Shown in pieces: positions 1 through 9,025 of a stretch of DNA of 29,525 nucleotides. A program made the position numbers and the translations under genes. Within the stretch, counting starts at the first letter, position 1; every line of letters begins with the position of its first letter. The notes beneath the pieces are model-generated. The model saw only the letters and a list, made by a program, of their open reading frames with translations. It did no database searches and had not been told where the DNA came from. The stretch is taken from contig JASFLY010000034.1 in NCBI GenBank assembly GCA_050117845.1, forward strand, positions 1-29,525, read 5' to 3'. The stretch is from Candidatus Zixiibacteriota bacterium (GTDB lineage Bacteria; RBG-13-66-14; B26-G2; WVWN01).

Positions 1-597
1 ACGTACGGCGTTTACATCCAGGACGTCGAGCTTCCCTCCGCCATGGTGCGCGTGCTGACCGAGCGGGAAATCGCCAACCAGGAAGTAGCGACCTACGAGA
101 AGCAGGAGGCGGCGCAGCGCCAGCGCGTCAAGACGGAGCAGGCCAAGGGGACGGCCGACATGCAGGCCGAACTCGCCCGCGCCACCGTCGGCATCGACAT
201 CAAGACCAACGACGCCAAGGCCCGCAAGGCCGAGGGCGACGGCGAGGCGGAATATATCCAGCGGACGGGAGCCGCGAAGGGCGCGGAAGTGGAGGCCGTC
301 GGCCTCGCCCGGGCGCGCGGGTATCAGGCGCAGGTGGAAGCGCTGGGCCGCATGGAAACGGCGCTCGTCAACATCGCGACGGCGGTCTCGCAGGGCAACG
401 TGCCCTTCATGCCCGACACGCTAGTCGTCGGCGGCGAGGGGTCGATGGGCGGCCTGGCCGCGACTCTCATGAGTTATTTGAAGAAACTCCCCGGCGCGCC
501 GGAAGCGGCCGAAGAAGGCGAAAACAAGGGTGACAAAAAGGCGTCACGGGGGCCGGACGTGCCGGCAGCACCCAAGCCGCCACGGCCTGCCAAGTAA
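1..597 (+). CDS. SPFH/flotillin-family protein, C-terminal part (5'-truncated by window edge)
   Basis: Frame is open from base 1 (TYGVYIQDVELPSAM...). Ala/Glu-rich coiled-coil repeats (AEGDGEAEYI, AEVEAVGLARA) and a 'PDTLVVGG' tail are typical of flotillin-like proteins. Confidence 0.7.
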   Translation, partial: TYGVYIQDVELPSAMVRVLTEREIANQEVATYEKQEAAQRQRVKTEQAKGTADMQAELARATVGIDIKTNDAKARKAEGDGEAEYIQRTGAAKGAEVEAVGLARARGYQAQVEALGRMETALVNIATAVSQGNVPFMPDTLVVGGEGSMGGLAATLMSYLKKLPGAPEAAEEGENKGDKKASRGPDVPAAPKPPRPAK

Positions 598-614
598 CGC
601 GCTATAGATGTCCC

Positions 615-647
615 GAGGCGGGGCGCGGCCTGGCCGTGCCTCGCCTC
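615..647 (+). other. GC-rich hairpin downstream of the flotillin-like gene (possible terminator or mRNA stabiliser)
   Basis: gaggcggggcgcggcc-t-ggccgtgcctcgcctc pairs with two G-U wobbles; no U-tract follows. Confidence 0.4.
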
Positions 648-656
648 AATCAAGTT

Positions 657-858
657 GTGGCGCAGGCATTCCTATCTGCATAATAAACACGAAAACCCGT
701 GCCGTCGGATGTTACCATCCAACGGCAACCCCAGATAGGAATGTCTGGGCCACCAATTCTTAGCACAGGCATTCTTGCCTGCGGGGGCCGATTCACAGAC
801 AGGAATGTCTGTGGCACTCATTAGTAAGATAGGGGTGGCACAGGCATTCCTGTCTGTG
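657..858. repeat. Cluster of five 24-bp REP-like palindromic units in alternating orientation (BIME/REPIN-like)
   Basis: Units at 657-680 (+), 730-753 (-), 760-783 (+), 794-817 (-), 835-858 (+). Consensus is about GTGGCACAGRCATTCCTRTCTGTG: a GTGG/GTAG-like foot followed by an imperfect palindrome. Confidence 0.8.
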
Positions 859-872
859 AAAACTGAATTAAA

Positions 873-2687
873 ATGTGGACTTATATTAAACAATATGCGG
901 TCATAGTAGTCGGGGGCGGCCACGCCGGCCTGGAGGCCGCCCGGGCCGCCGCGCTCATGGGCCGGCGCACCCTCCTGCTAACCGGCCGCCTCGACACCGT
1001 GGGCTTGATGTCCTGCAACCCCGCCGTCGGCGGCGTCGGCAAGGGGCCGCTCGTCAAGGAGGTCTACGCGCTCGGCGGCGCCATAGGTTCGCTGGCCGAC
1101 AGGGCCGCCATTCAGGGCCGTATCCTCAATCGGTCCAAGGGCCCCGCGGTCCGGGGCACGCGCCTCCAATGCGACCGCGACGCCTACCGCCGCGCGGCGC
1201 GGCAACTGCTGGAACGCACGCCGGGCCTCGACCTCCGCCAGGCCACCGTCGACGCCGTCGCGACCGACGGCCGGGGCGTCACGGGCGTCGTCGCCGGCGA
1301 CGTCCTCTTCGAGGCGCCCAAGGTTGTGTTGACGCCGGGGACGTTCCTGAGGGGCCTGTTGCACTTCGGCCTGCGGCAGGAAGCGGGGGGCCGGGTCGGC
1401 GAGCCGCCCGCCGAGGGCCTGACCGATTCGCTGAAACAGCTGGGCCTCGAGATAGGCCGCCTCAAGACGGGGACGCCGCCGCGCGTCCGCGCGAGTTCGG
1501 TGGACCTCTCCCGCGTCCGCCGGCAGGACGGCGACGAACCCTGCCCCGGCTTTACCCGGGGCCACTTAAAAGTGAAGCAACTCCCCTGCCACGTCACGCA
1601 CACGAACGAGGCGACGGCGACGCTGTTGCGCGACAACCTCGACCGCTCTCCCCTATTCCAGAAGGTCATCGTCGGCGCGGGGCCGCGCTACTGCCCGTCC
1701 ATCGAGGACAAGGTGGTGCGCTTCGAGCGGGACCGGCACCACCTCTTCCTCGAGCCCGAAGGACGGGGGACGGACGAGTTCTACGTCAACGGCTTCGCGA
1801 CCAGCATGCCGCTCGACGTGCAGGAGGCGGCGCTCCGAACCGTACCCGGCCTGGAGGAAGCGTGGATGACGCGCCCCGGTTACGCCGTGGAGTACGACTT
1901 CGTGCCGCCGCACCAGCTCCGCCCCACGCTCGAGGCGCAAGCCGTGCCGGGCCTATACTGCGCGGGCCAGCTAAACGGGACGTCGGGGTACGAGGAGGCG
2001 GCCGCCCAGGGCCTGGTCGCTGGCATAAACGCGGCGCTCTCCCTCGCCGGCGAGGAACCCTTCACGCTCCGCCGCGACGAGGCGTACGTCGGCGTGCTAA
2101 TAGACGACCTGATATCCAAGGAGCACGTCGAGCCTTACCGGATGTTCACGGCCCGGGCGGAATATCGCCTGAAGCTCCGCGAGGACAACGCCGACGACCG
2201 CCTGCTGGAGTACGGGTACAAGCTGGGCCTGGTGAAAACGTCGCGGCTCCGGGCGCTGGCAGTGTTTCGCCGCCAGGTCGCGGAACTACGGCGAGTGCTG
2301 GCCAAAACGTCCGTGGGCGAGGCGCCGGACCGCAAGCGCGCGGCGATAAAGGTGAAGCGGCCCGACGTGGACATTGAAGAGCTGGCTGCGGCGTACCCGG
2401 CGATCGGCGCTTTCCCGCCGGCGGTGCGGGCGCTGGTTGAGACGGAGGCAAAATACGAGGGGTACGTCGCCCGGCAGGACAAGGAGGCGGAGGCGCTCGC
2501 CGCGTACGAGGAGATCCGTATCCCCCCGGATAGGGACTTTTCGGCCCTCGCGAACCTCTCGAACGAAGCCAAGGACGCGCTGGCCCGGGTCAAACCGGCC
2601 ACGCTGGCGGCGGCGGCGCGGCTCCAGGGCGTCACGCCGGCGGATTTGATCATCCTGTTGCGCGTCCTGCGCGGAAAACGCGGTTGA
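873..2687 (+). CDS. mnmG: tRNA uridine-5-carboxymethylaminomethyl(34) synthesis enzyme MnmG (GidA)
   Basis: VIVVGGGHAG FAD motif, MSCNPAVGG, NRSKGPAV, GRLKTGTPPR, GPRYCPSIEDK, GQLNGTSGYEEAAAQG, EPYRMFTARAEYRL. Confidence 0.98.
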   Translation: MWTYIKQYAVIVVGGGHAGLEAARAAALMGRRTLLLTGRLDTVGLMSCNPAVGGVGKGPLVKEVYALGGAIGSLADRAAIQGRILNRSKGPAVRGTRLQCDRDAYRRAARQLLERTPGLDLRQATVDAVATDGRGVTGVVAGDVLFEAPKVVLTPGTFLRGLLHFGLRQEAGGRVGEPPAEGLTDSLKQLGLEIGRLKTGTPPRVRASSVDLSRVRRQDGDEPCPGFTRGHLKVKQLPCHVTHTNEATATLLRDNLDRSPLFQKVIVGAGPRYCPSIEDKVVRFERDRHHLFLEPEGRGTDEFYVNGFATSMPLDVQEAALRTVPGLEEAWMTRPGYAVEYDFVPPHQLRPTLEAQAVPGLYCAGQLNGTSGYEEAAAQGLVAGINAALSLAGEEPFTLRRDEAYVGVLIDDLISKEHVEPYRMFTARAEYRLKLREDNADDRLLEYGYKLGLVKTSRLRALAVFRRQVAELRRVLAKTSVGEAPDRKRAAIKVKRPDVDIEELAAAYPAIGAFPPAVRALVETEAKYEGYVARQDKEAEALAAYEEIRIPPDRDFSALANLSNEAKDALARVKPATLAAAARLQGVTPADLIILLRVLRGKRG

Positions 2688-2713
2688 CAGGGCGCCCGGC
2701 CTCAAGTTAATAT
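2684..2713 (+). promoter_or_regulatory. Putative sigma70-type promoter for rsmG/parAB
   Basis: TTGACA (2684-2689), 18-bp spacer, TAATAT (2708-2713); GTG start follows 6 nt later. Confidence 0.5.
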
Positions 2714-2719
2714 GCCGAC

Positions 2720-3373
2720 GTGGGCAGCGTTCAAACAGGCCGCGACGTCGGCTTTTTTTTAGATAAATACCTGGCCGGCGCCGCCCCGGAGCGGCTGGAG
2801 AAGCTCCGGGCCCTCGCCCGCCTCCACGAACGCTATCGGGAGGCCGCCCGGCTATCGTCGCCGCTGTCCCCCGAGGCGTACGTCGTTCACCTGATATTGG
2901 ATAGTTTAAAGCTCGCCGAACTCGCGCCCCCCGAGGCGGGCGAAAAAGTCGCGGACGTGGGTTCCGGCGGCGGTTATCCCGGCCTTCCTACGGCTATTTC
3001 GTGCCCCGAGGCCCATTTTACGCTAATAGAGCAAACGCGGCGCAAGGCGGAGTACTTGCGGCTGGCCGCGGCCGAGCTGGACCTTACGAACGTTGACGTG
3101 GAGGCCCGGCCGGCGGGGGAAATCGACGCCGGCACATTCGACGTCGTATGCTCGAAGGCGCTGGCCCAGGGCGAAGCGGCGCTTAAGATAATGCTGCCGC
3201 TGGTCAGGCCGGGGGGCCGGGCGGTCATGTTCCTGGGGGATTACGAGGAAAACGCCCTAGCGGACCTTAAACAACAGGCCGAATCGGCCGGCGGCCGAGT
3301 CGCCGCCACGCATCGATACGAACTCCCGACGCTGGACCGGCCCCGGCTCCTGGCTGAGGTCACCAAGGTATAG
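2720..3373 (+). CDS. rsmG: 16S rRNA (guanine527-N7)-methyltransferase RsmG (GidB)
   Basis: HLILDSL and SAM-binding DVGSGGGYPGLP motifs; located between mnmG and parA. Confidence 0.93.
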   Translation: MGSVQTGRDVGFFLDKYLAGAAPERLEKLRALARLHERYREAARLSSPLSPEAYVVHLILDSLKLAELAPPEAGEKVADVGSGGGYPGLPTAISCPEAHFTLIEQTRRKAEYLRLAAAELDLTNVDVEARPAGEIDAGTFDVVCSKALAQGEAALKIMLPLVRPGGRAVMFLGDYEENALADLKQQAESAGGRVAATHRYELPTLDRPRLLAEVTKV

Positions 3374-3388
3374 GTTTCACGTGAAACA
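3373..3388. promoter_or_regulatory. parS centromere site 1
   Basis: gGTTTCACGTGAAACa; 15/16 match to the TGTTTCACGTGAAACA palindrome, upstream of parA. Confidence 0.92.
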
Positions 3389-3399
3389 CGCGACCCGAA

Positions 3400-3415
3400 C
3401 GTTTCACGTGAAACG
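3400..3415. promoter_or_regulatory. parS centromere site 2
   Basis: cGTTTCACGTGAAACg; perfect 16-bp palindrome with the parS core. Confidence 0.92.
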
Positions 3416-3427
3416 TCGCACTCAAAT

Positions 3428-4181
<754 letters not shown>

Positions 4182-4192
<11 letters not shown>

Positions 4193-5030
4193 GAAGCGAC
4201 TCGGCCGCGGCCTCGACGCCCTCATTCCGCGCGGCGCCGAAGCCACCGCCATACGCGAGATCCCGGTCGATTCCCTTAAACCTAACCCCCGCCAACCCCG
4301 CCGCCGCTTCTCCAAGGAAGAGATTGTCGACCTGGCCACCTCCATCCGCGAGCACGGCATCCTCCAACCGCTGGTCGTCCGCCCCGCCGGCAAGGACTTC
4401 GAGGTGGTGGCCGGCGAGCGTCGCCTCCTGGCCGCGCGGGAGGCGGGCCTTAAAAAGGTCCCCTGCATCGTCCGTCGCGTCGACGACGAGATGCTCCTCC
4501 CCTTGGCCCTGGTCGAGAACCTCCAACGCGAGGACCTTAACGCCGTCGAGGAAGCCGAGGCCTTCAAGATCCTGGCCGAGGATTACGGCCTCAGCCACGA
4601 CGCCATCGCGCACGCCGTCGCCAAGAGCCGGACCGCCGTCACCAACACCCTCCGCCTCCTCGACCTCGCCGCCCCCGTCCTCGCCATGATCGAGGAGGGC
4701 AAGCTGACCGCCGGCCAGGCCCGGCCTTTGCTCGCCGTATCGCCCAAGTCCCGCCAAATAGCCCTTGCCCGCCGTATAACGCGCGAGGGCCTTTCCGCGC
4801 GGGAGGCCGAGGCCCTCGCCGCGGCCGCGGTAAAGGGCGACCCGGCCCCCGGCCGCCGCGAGAGCCCGGCCCAACCTTACGTCGACGACCTGGCCCGGCG
4901 TCTCGAGAAGCTCCTCGGCACCAAGGTGGTTATTACCGGCTCCGGCCGGCGCGGCTCCATTAAGATCCAATATTTCAACAAGGAAGACCTCAACCGCCTT
5001 TCCGATAAATTGCTAAACCGCAGTTCCTAG
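4182..5030 (+). CDS. parB: Chromosome partitioning CTPase ParB/Spo0J
   Basis: N-terminal KRLGRGLDALI, PNPRQPR, GERR CTP motif, ENLQREDL, HTH with SRTAVTNTLRLL; overlaps the parA stop. Confidence 0.97.
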
Positions 5031-5104
5031 CGGCCCCGGAGCCCCTATGGTTGTGATGCAATACGCAATAATACCGGCTCTCGCGTTTTCCAGGGAGGCC
5101 CGCC

Positions 5105-6382
5105 GTGCGTAACGTCCGCGCCATGATCCTCGCCGGCGGCGACGCCGACAGCCTCCTGGCTCTTTCGCACGTCCGCGTCAAGGCCTCCGTACCTTTCGCC
5201 GGCCAGTACCGCCTCGTCGACTTCCCCCTTTCCAATTGCGCCCATTCCGGCATTACGGACGTCGGGATATTAACGCAGTACCTCCCGGAATCCCTCAAGA
5301 CCCACGTCGGCATCGGTAAACCGTGGGACCTCGACCGCCGTGACCGCGGCGTCCGCCTCCTCGAGCCCTACTACGCCGGCGGCGACACCCGCTGGTACGC
5401 CAGCCGCGCCGACGCCCTGGCCCGCAACGTCGACGTTCTCGCCGACGGCCGCTTCGACCAGGTCATAGTGATGGCCGCCGAGCACGTATATAAAATGGAT
5501 TACCGCCCCCTCCTCGACTTCCACGCCTCCGCCGGCGCCGCCGTTACCGTAGTGGCCAAGAACATCCCGGCCGCCCGCGCTAGTCGCTACGGCGTCGTCC
5601 ACGTCGGCTCCGGCAACGCCGTCGCTGCGTACGGCGAGGCCCCGCCGCCCACCGGCGACGCTTTCGCATCTCTCTCCATATACGTCTTCGATCGCCGGTA
5701 TCTGGTATCCTTGCTCCGCGACCTCAAGCGGCCCGGCGAAGCCGACATCGCGGCCGACCTTATAGTCCCCGCCATCGAAGACGGGACCGCCTTTACTTAC
5801 GAGTTTAAGGATTATTGGGCCCGCATCGATACCGTCGACGACTACTACGACGTTACTTTCGAATGGCTCAGCGATCGCGCCCCGTACGCCCTCGACGACC
5901 CTGCCTGGCCCATTTACACCAAACTCTCCGACGATCCCGCCGTCAAACTTGGCCCCGGCGCCGTTGTAAAGAACTCTATTATAGCCGACGGCTCCATTAT
6001 CAACGGCCGCGTAGAGAATTCGGTGCTCTCCCACCGGGTTTACGTGGAGGAGGACGCCCTCGTCCGCAACTCTATCGTCTTCGACGGCGCCAAGGTCGAA
6101 GCGGGCGCCCTCGTCGACCGTGCCATACTCGATAAACTCGTTACCATCTCCGCCGGGGCTCGCGTCGGCGAAGACATCGGCGACGGCCCCGCCAACGGCG
6201 ATTTCCCTACCCAACTGAGCCAGGGCGTTAGCCTTATCGCCAAACGCGTAATTATCCCTCCCCGCTTCTTCGTAGGCCGTAATTGCCTCGTCGATATCGG
6301 CGCCAGCGTCGACTTACTTGAGGGTTTGCCCGGCCGCGCCATGCCCGACGGGGCTTCCGTCGGCCTCCCCGTTAAAAGTTAA
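5105..6382 (+). CDS. ADP-glucose pyrophosphorylase homologue with degenerate active site (GlgD-like, probably non-catalytic)
   Basis: Aligns by eye with the 7718-8986 GlgC (VPFAGQYRLVDFPLSNC, HVGIGKPWDLDR, C-terminal beta-helix), but GxGxRL, GDH, FxEKP and WRDVG are all altered. Confidence 0.8.
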   Translation: MRNVRAMILAGGDADSLLALSHVRVKASVPFAGQYRLVDFPLSNCAHSGITDVGILTQYLPESLKTHVGIGKPWDLDRRDRGVRLLEPYYAGGDTRWYASRADALARNVDVLADGRFDQVIVMAAEHVYKMDYRPLLDFHASAGAAVTVVAKNIPAARASRYGVVHVGSGNAVAAYGEAPPPTGDAFASLSIYVFDRRYLVSLLRDLKRPGEADIAADLIVPAIEDGTAFTYEFKDYWARIDTVDDYYDVTFEWLSDRAPYALDDPAWPIYTKLSDDPAVKLGPGAVVKNSIIADGSIINGRVENSVLSHRVYVEEDALVRNSIVFDGAKVEAGALVDRAILDKLVTISAGARVGEDIGDGPANGDFPTQLSQGVSLIAKRVIIPPRFFVGRNCLVDIGASVDLLEGLPGRAMPDGASVGLPVKS

Positions 6383-6438
6383 CTTTAAATACGACGCCCT
6401 AATTGCTTCAATTTATAGCCTTTCCCCGAAAAAAAGGC

Positions 6439-6467
6439 TTGACTTTTTATATTTAGTGTTTTACCCT
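6439..6467 (+). promoter_or_regulatory. Putative promoter for the 6645 gene
   Basis: TTGACT, 17-bp spacer, TACCCT in an AT-rich intergenic stretch. Confidence 0.4.
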
Positions 6468-6644
6468 TTATCCGGGTAAAGGGGCATTACCCTGAGCCTC
6501 CGGCGTCGTCGGCTCGTTTCGGCCCGGCATTTATAGGCCGTTTCATATATGGGCGCCGCCGCAATTTAAGAACCGCTAACTTTACGGCTCGCTATATCGA
6601 GCGGGCAACCCGCGCATAACCCCTTACAGGGGAGGTGGTGTAAG

Positions 6645-7610
6645 ATGAAGCGGGCGTGTTTATTCGTAACGATCGCGTTGTTCGCGGTCGCGGTCGGTTC
6701 CGCCGGCGCCGCCGTCTGGACCGAGTACGCCAATTCACCCACCGGCAAAGACATTAACGCTATCAAAATGCTGGACGTCGACAACGGTTGGGCCGTCGGT
6801 TATTGGGGCGAGATCCTCCGTTACCAGAACGGCCAATGGTCGGTCTATTACACCTGGGCCACTCAGTACCTCCAGGACGTTGACTTCGGCAGCGCTAATT
6901 TCGGTATGGCCGTTGGGTACCAGGGCAGCGCTATTCTTTGGAACGGCTCGAGCTGGGTTTACGCCGACATCCCGACCACGCGCCACATCTGGGGCGTCGT
7001 CGTTCCCCCGGGCCAGGACGACGTGGCCTGGGCCGTAGGCCAACGCGGCACCCTCTATCGCTGGGCCGGCGGCACCTCCGGGTCCTGGAGTAAGTGGGAC
7101 CTGGGCATGACCCGAGCTCTCCACGATATTTTCTTCACCAGCGCGACCGACGGCTGGCTTTGCGGCCAGGACGGCCGGGTCTTCCACTTCGACGAGTCGA
7201 CATGGAGCGCCGTTAACGCCTCCACCGCGAACGACTTCTACTGCATTTACGCGCTCTCCCCGAACAACGTCTGGGTGGGCGGCACCAACGGGGCCCTCTA
7301 CCATTATGAGGGCGTTTCTTGGGCCAAGACCTACACGCCGACCACCGCCACCATTCGCGAGATGTCCTTCCTCGGACCGACGAGCGGCTGGGCGGTATGC
7401 GACGACGGCGTGCTTCTGCGTTACAACGGCGTCGAGTGGAAAGTCGTCAACATCAACCCCGAGACCACGAAGAACTTCTCCGGCATGTACATGGTCAACG
7501 CGCGTAACGGTTGGGCCGTAGGTCAGGAAGGTATGATCTACTCCTACCGCGACAACCCCTCCGTAGAACCTTCGTCCATCGGTCGGGTTAAAGCCCTCTT
7601 CACCAACTAA
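6645..7610 (+). CDS. Secreted beta-propeller protein (Ycf48/BNR-like WAVG repeats) with C-terminal VEPSSIGRVKALF tail
   Basis: SD GGAGGT, Sec signal peptide (MKR, hydrophobic core, AGA), about seven ~40-aa repeats with GWAVG..G.I..Y.G..W. Confidence 0.85.
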   Translation: MKRACLFVTIALFAVAVGSAGAAVWTEYANSPTGKDINAIKMLDVDNGWAVGYWGEILRYQNGQWSVYYTWATQYLQDVDFGSANFGMAVGYQGSAILWNGSSWVYADIPTTRHIWGVVVPPGQDDVAWAVGQRGTLYRWAGGTSGSWSKWDLGMTRALHDIFFTSATDGWLCGQDGRVFHFDESTWSAVNASTANDFYCIYALSPNNVWVGGTNGALYHYEGVSWAKTYTPTTATIREMSFLGPTSGWAVCDDGVLLRYNGVEWKVVNINPETTKNFSGMYMVNARNGWAVGQEGMIYSYRDNPSVEPSSIGRVKALFTN

Positions 7611-7631
7611 ACGCGCACCCGAAATGACTTG

Positions 7632-7660
7632 AAGCGGCCCTCCGGGGCCGCTTTTCTTTT
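7632..7660 (+). terminator. Intrinsic terminator
   Basis: aagcggccc-tccg-gggccgctt followed by a T-rich tract. Confidence 0.85.
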
Positions 7661-7717
7661 ACCCCCCGGCCCGTTTTTACTTGTATCCGGCGCCGCTTCG
7701 TATAAAAATAGGCCCGT

Positions 7718-8986
7718 ATGCGGAATACTCTCGCGTTCATCCTGGCAGGAGGCAAAGGCGCGCGTTTGGCCGAGCTCTCGCGGCGTCGCGCCAAACCCGC
7801 CGTCCCGTTCGGCGGCCGCTATCGCCTCATCGATTTTACGTTGTCGAATTGCGTTAATTCCGGCATCTTCGACGTCGCGGTCCTCACGCAATACCGGCCC
7901 CGCTCTCTCATGAAACATATCGGCATCGGCCGGCCCTGGGACCTCGACCGGAGTTGGGGCGGCGTCGAGCTTCTCCAGCCCCACCTCGGCCGCGTCGACT
8001 CCGACTGGTACAAGGGCACCGCCGACGCCTGTTATCAAAACCGCCACTACGTGGCCGCCCGCAATTTCGCTTACGTCCTCGTCCTCGCCGGCGACCACGT
8101 CTACGCAATGGACTACAACCTCCTCCGCCGTTTACTCGATAATAAAAGCGCCGACGTGGTCGTCGCGACGCTGCGCGTACCCCGCGCCGACGCCACCCGC
8201 TTCGGCACGCTGGAACTCGCCCCCGACGGCCGCATCGTCGGCTTCGAGGAGAAGCCGCCCGTTCCCAAGTCCGACATGGTTTCCATGGGGATATACCTTT
8301 TCAGCCGCGACGCCTTCTTCGCCGCCATGGAACGAGTCCCCGACGGCATGACCGACTTCGGCCGCCACATCATACCCTCCCTCATACGCGACATGCGCGT
8401 CTACTGCTATATCTACGAAGACTACTGGCGCGACGTGGGGACCCTTGACGCTTACTTCGACGCCAATATGGATTTAATTGCGGACCTGCCGGACTTCAAC
8501 CTCTACGACCCCGCCTGGCCGGTGCGAACGGCGAGCCGCGACCGCGCCCCCGCCCGCTTCTACGCCGGCGGCTCCGCCGCCCGCTCCCTCATCGCCGAAG
8601 GTTGCCACATCCGCGGGACGGTCCGCGACTCCCTCATTTTCCCCGGCGTTACCATCGGCCCCGGCACGACCGTACAGTCCTCGGTCGTCCTCGACGACTG
8701 CGTCGTGGGCCGCGACTCCCGCCTCGACCGCGTCATCATCGACAAGGAAACGGCCGTCGGCGACGGCTGTGAACTCGGCGTCGGCGACGACTACACCCCC
8801 AACCGCTACTACGCCGAGCAGCTAACCTCCGGCCTCGTCCTCGTGGGCCGCAACAGCATTCTCCCCGGCGGCCTTCGCCTCCCCCGTAACGCCTGCGTCG
8901 CCGAGTGCGCCCGTCCCGCCGACTTCGACACGCTGGACGTCGCCCCCGGCGATTTCGTCACCGCCGCCTCCGCGAAAGCTCTTTGA
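7718..8986 (+). CDS. glgC: Glucose-1-phosphate adenylyltransferase (catalytic subunit)
   Basis: LAGGKGARL, RAKPAVPFGGRYRLIDF, WYKGTADA, AGDHVY, FEEKP, SMGIYLF, DFGRHIIP, YWRDVGT, left-handed beta-helix. Confidence 0.93.
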   Translation: MRNTLAFILAGGKGARLAELSRRRAKPAVPFGGRYRLIDFTLSNCVNSGIFDVAVLTQYRPRSLMKHIGIGRPWDLDRSWGGVELLQPHLGRVDSDWYKGTADACYQNRHYVAARNFAYVLVLAGDHVYAMDYNLLRRLLDNKSADVVVATLRVPRADATRFGTLELAPDGRIVGFEEKPPVPKSDMVSMGIYLFSRDAFFAAMERVPDGMTDFGRHIIPSLIRDMRVYCYIYEDYWRDVGTLDAYFDANMDLIADLPDFNLYDPAWPVRTASRDRAPARFYAGGSAARSLIAEGCHIRGTVRDSLIFPGVTIGPGTTVQSSVVLDDCVVGRDSRLDRVIIDKETAVGDGCELGVGDDYTPNRYYAEQLTSGLVLVGRNSILPGGLRLPRNACVAECARPADFDTLDVAPGDFVTAASAKAL

Positions 8987-9011
8987 CCCGACCTCCCGGC
9001 AGTGCTATACT
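8983..9011 (+). promoter_or_regulatory. Putative sigma70 promoter with extended -10
   Basis: TTGACC, 17-bp spacer ending TGc, then TATACT; implies the gene starts at ATG 9026 rather than GTG 9002. Confidence 0.6.
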
Positions 9012-9025
9012 ATTGCCGCTTAAAG

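Noticed and set aside
657..858. CRISPR array
   Set aside because: Repeats alternate in orientation, spacers are 6-49 bp and irregular, and no cas genes are present.
672..923. 83-aa minus-strand ORF
   Set aside because: Translation of the REP-like cluster overlapping the mnmG start; no independent coding signal.
1169..2377. 402-aa alternative-frame ORF and similar Arg/Pro-rich ORFs (13887-14726, 20858-22189, 22269-23060)
   Set aside because: Shadow frames of real genes caused by high GC3; low-complexity products.
5105..6382. glgC pseudogene
   Set aside because: Full-length open frame with SD; changes concentrate in catalytic motifs, more like a regulatory subunit.
6472..6545. c-di-GMP-I riboswitch (agcctccggc resemblance)
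   Set aside because: Lacks the GGCAAAC/GAAA-tetraloop P2 architecture.
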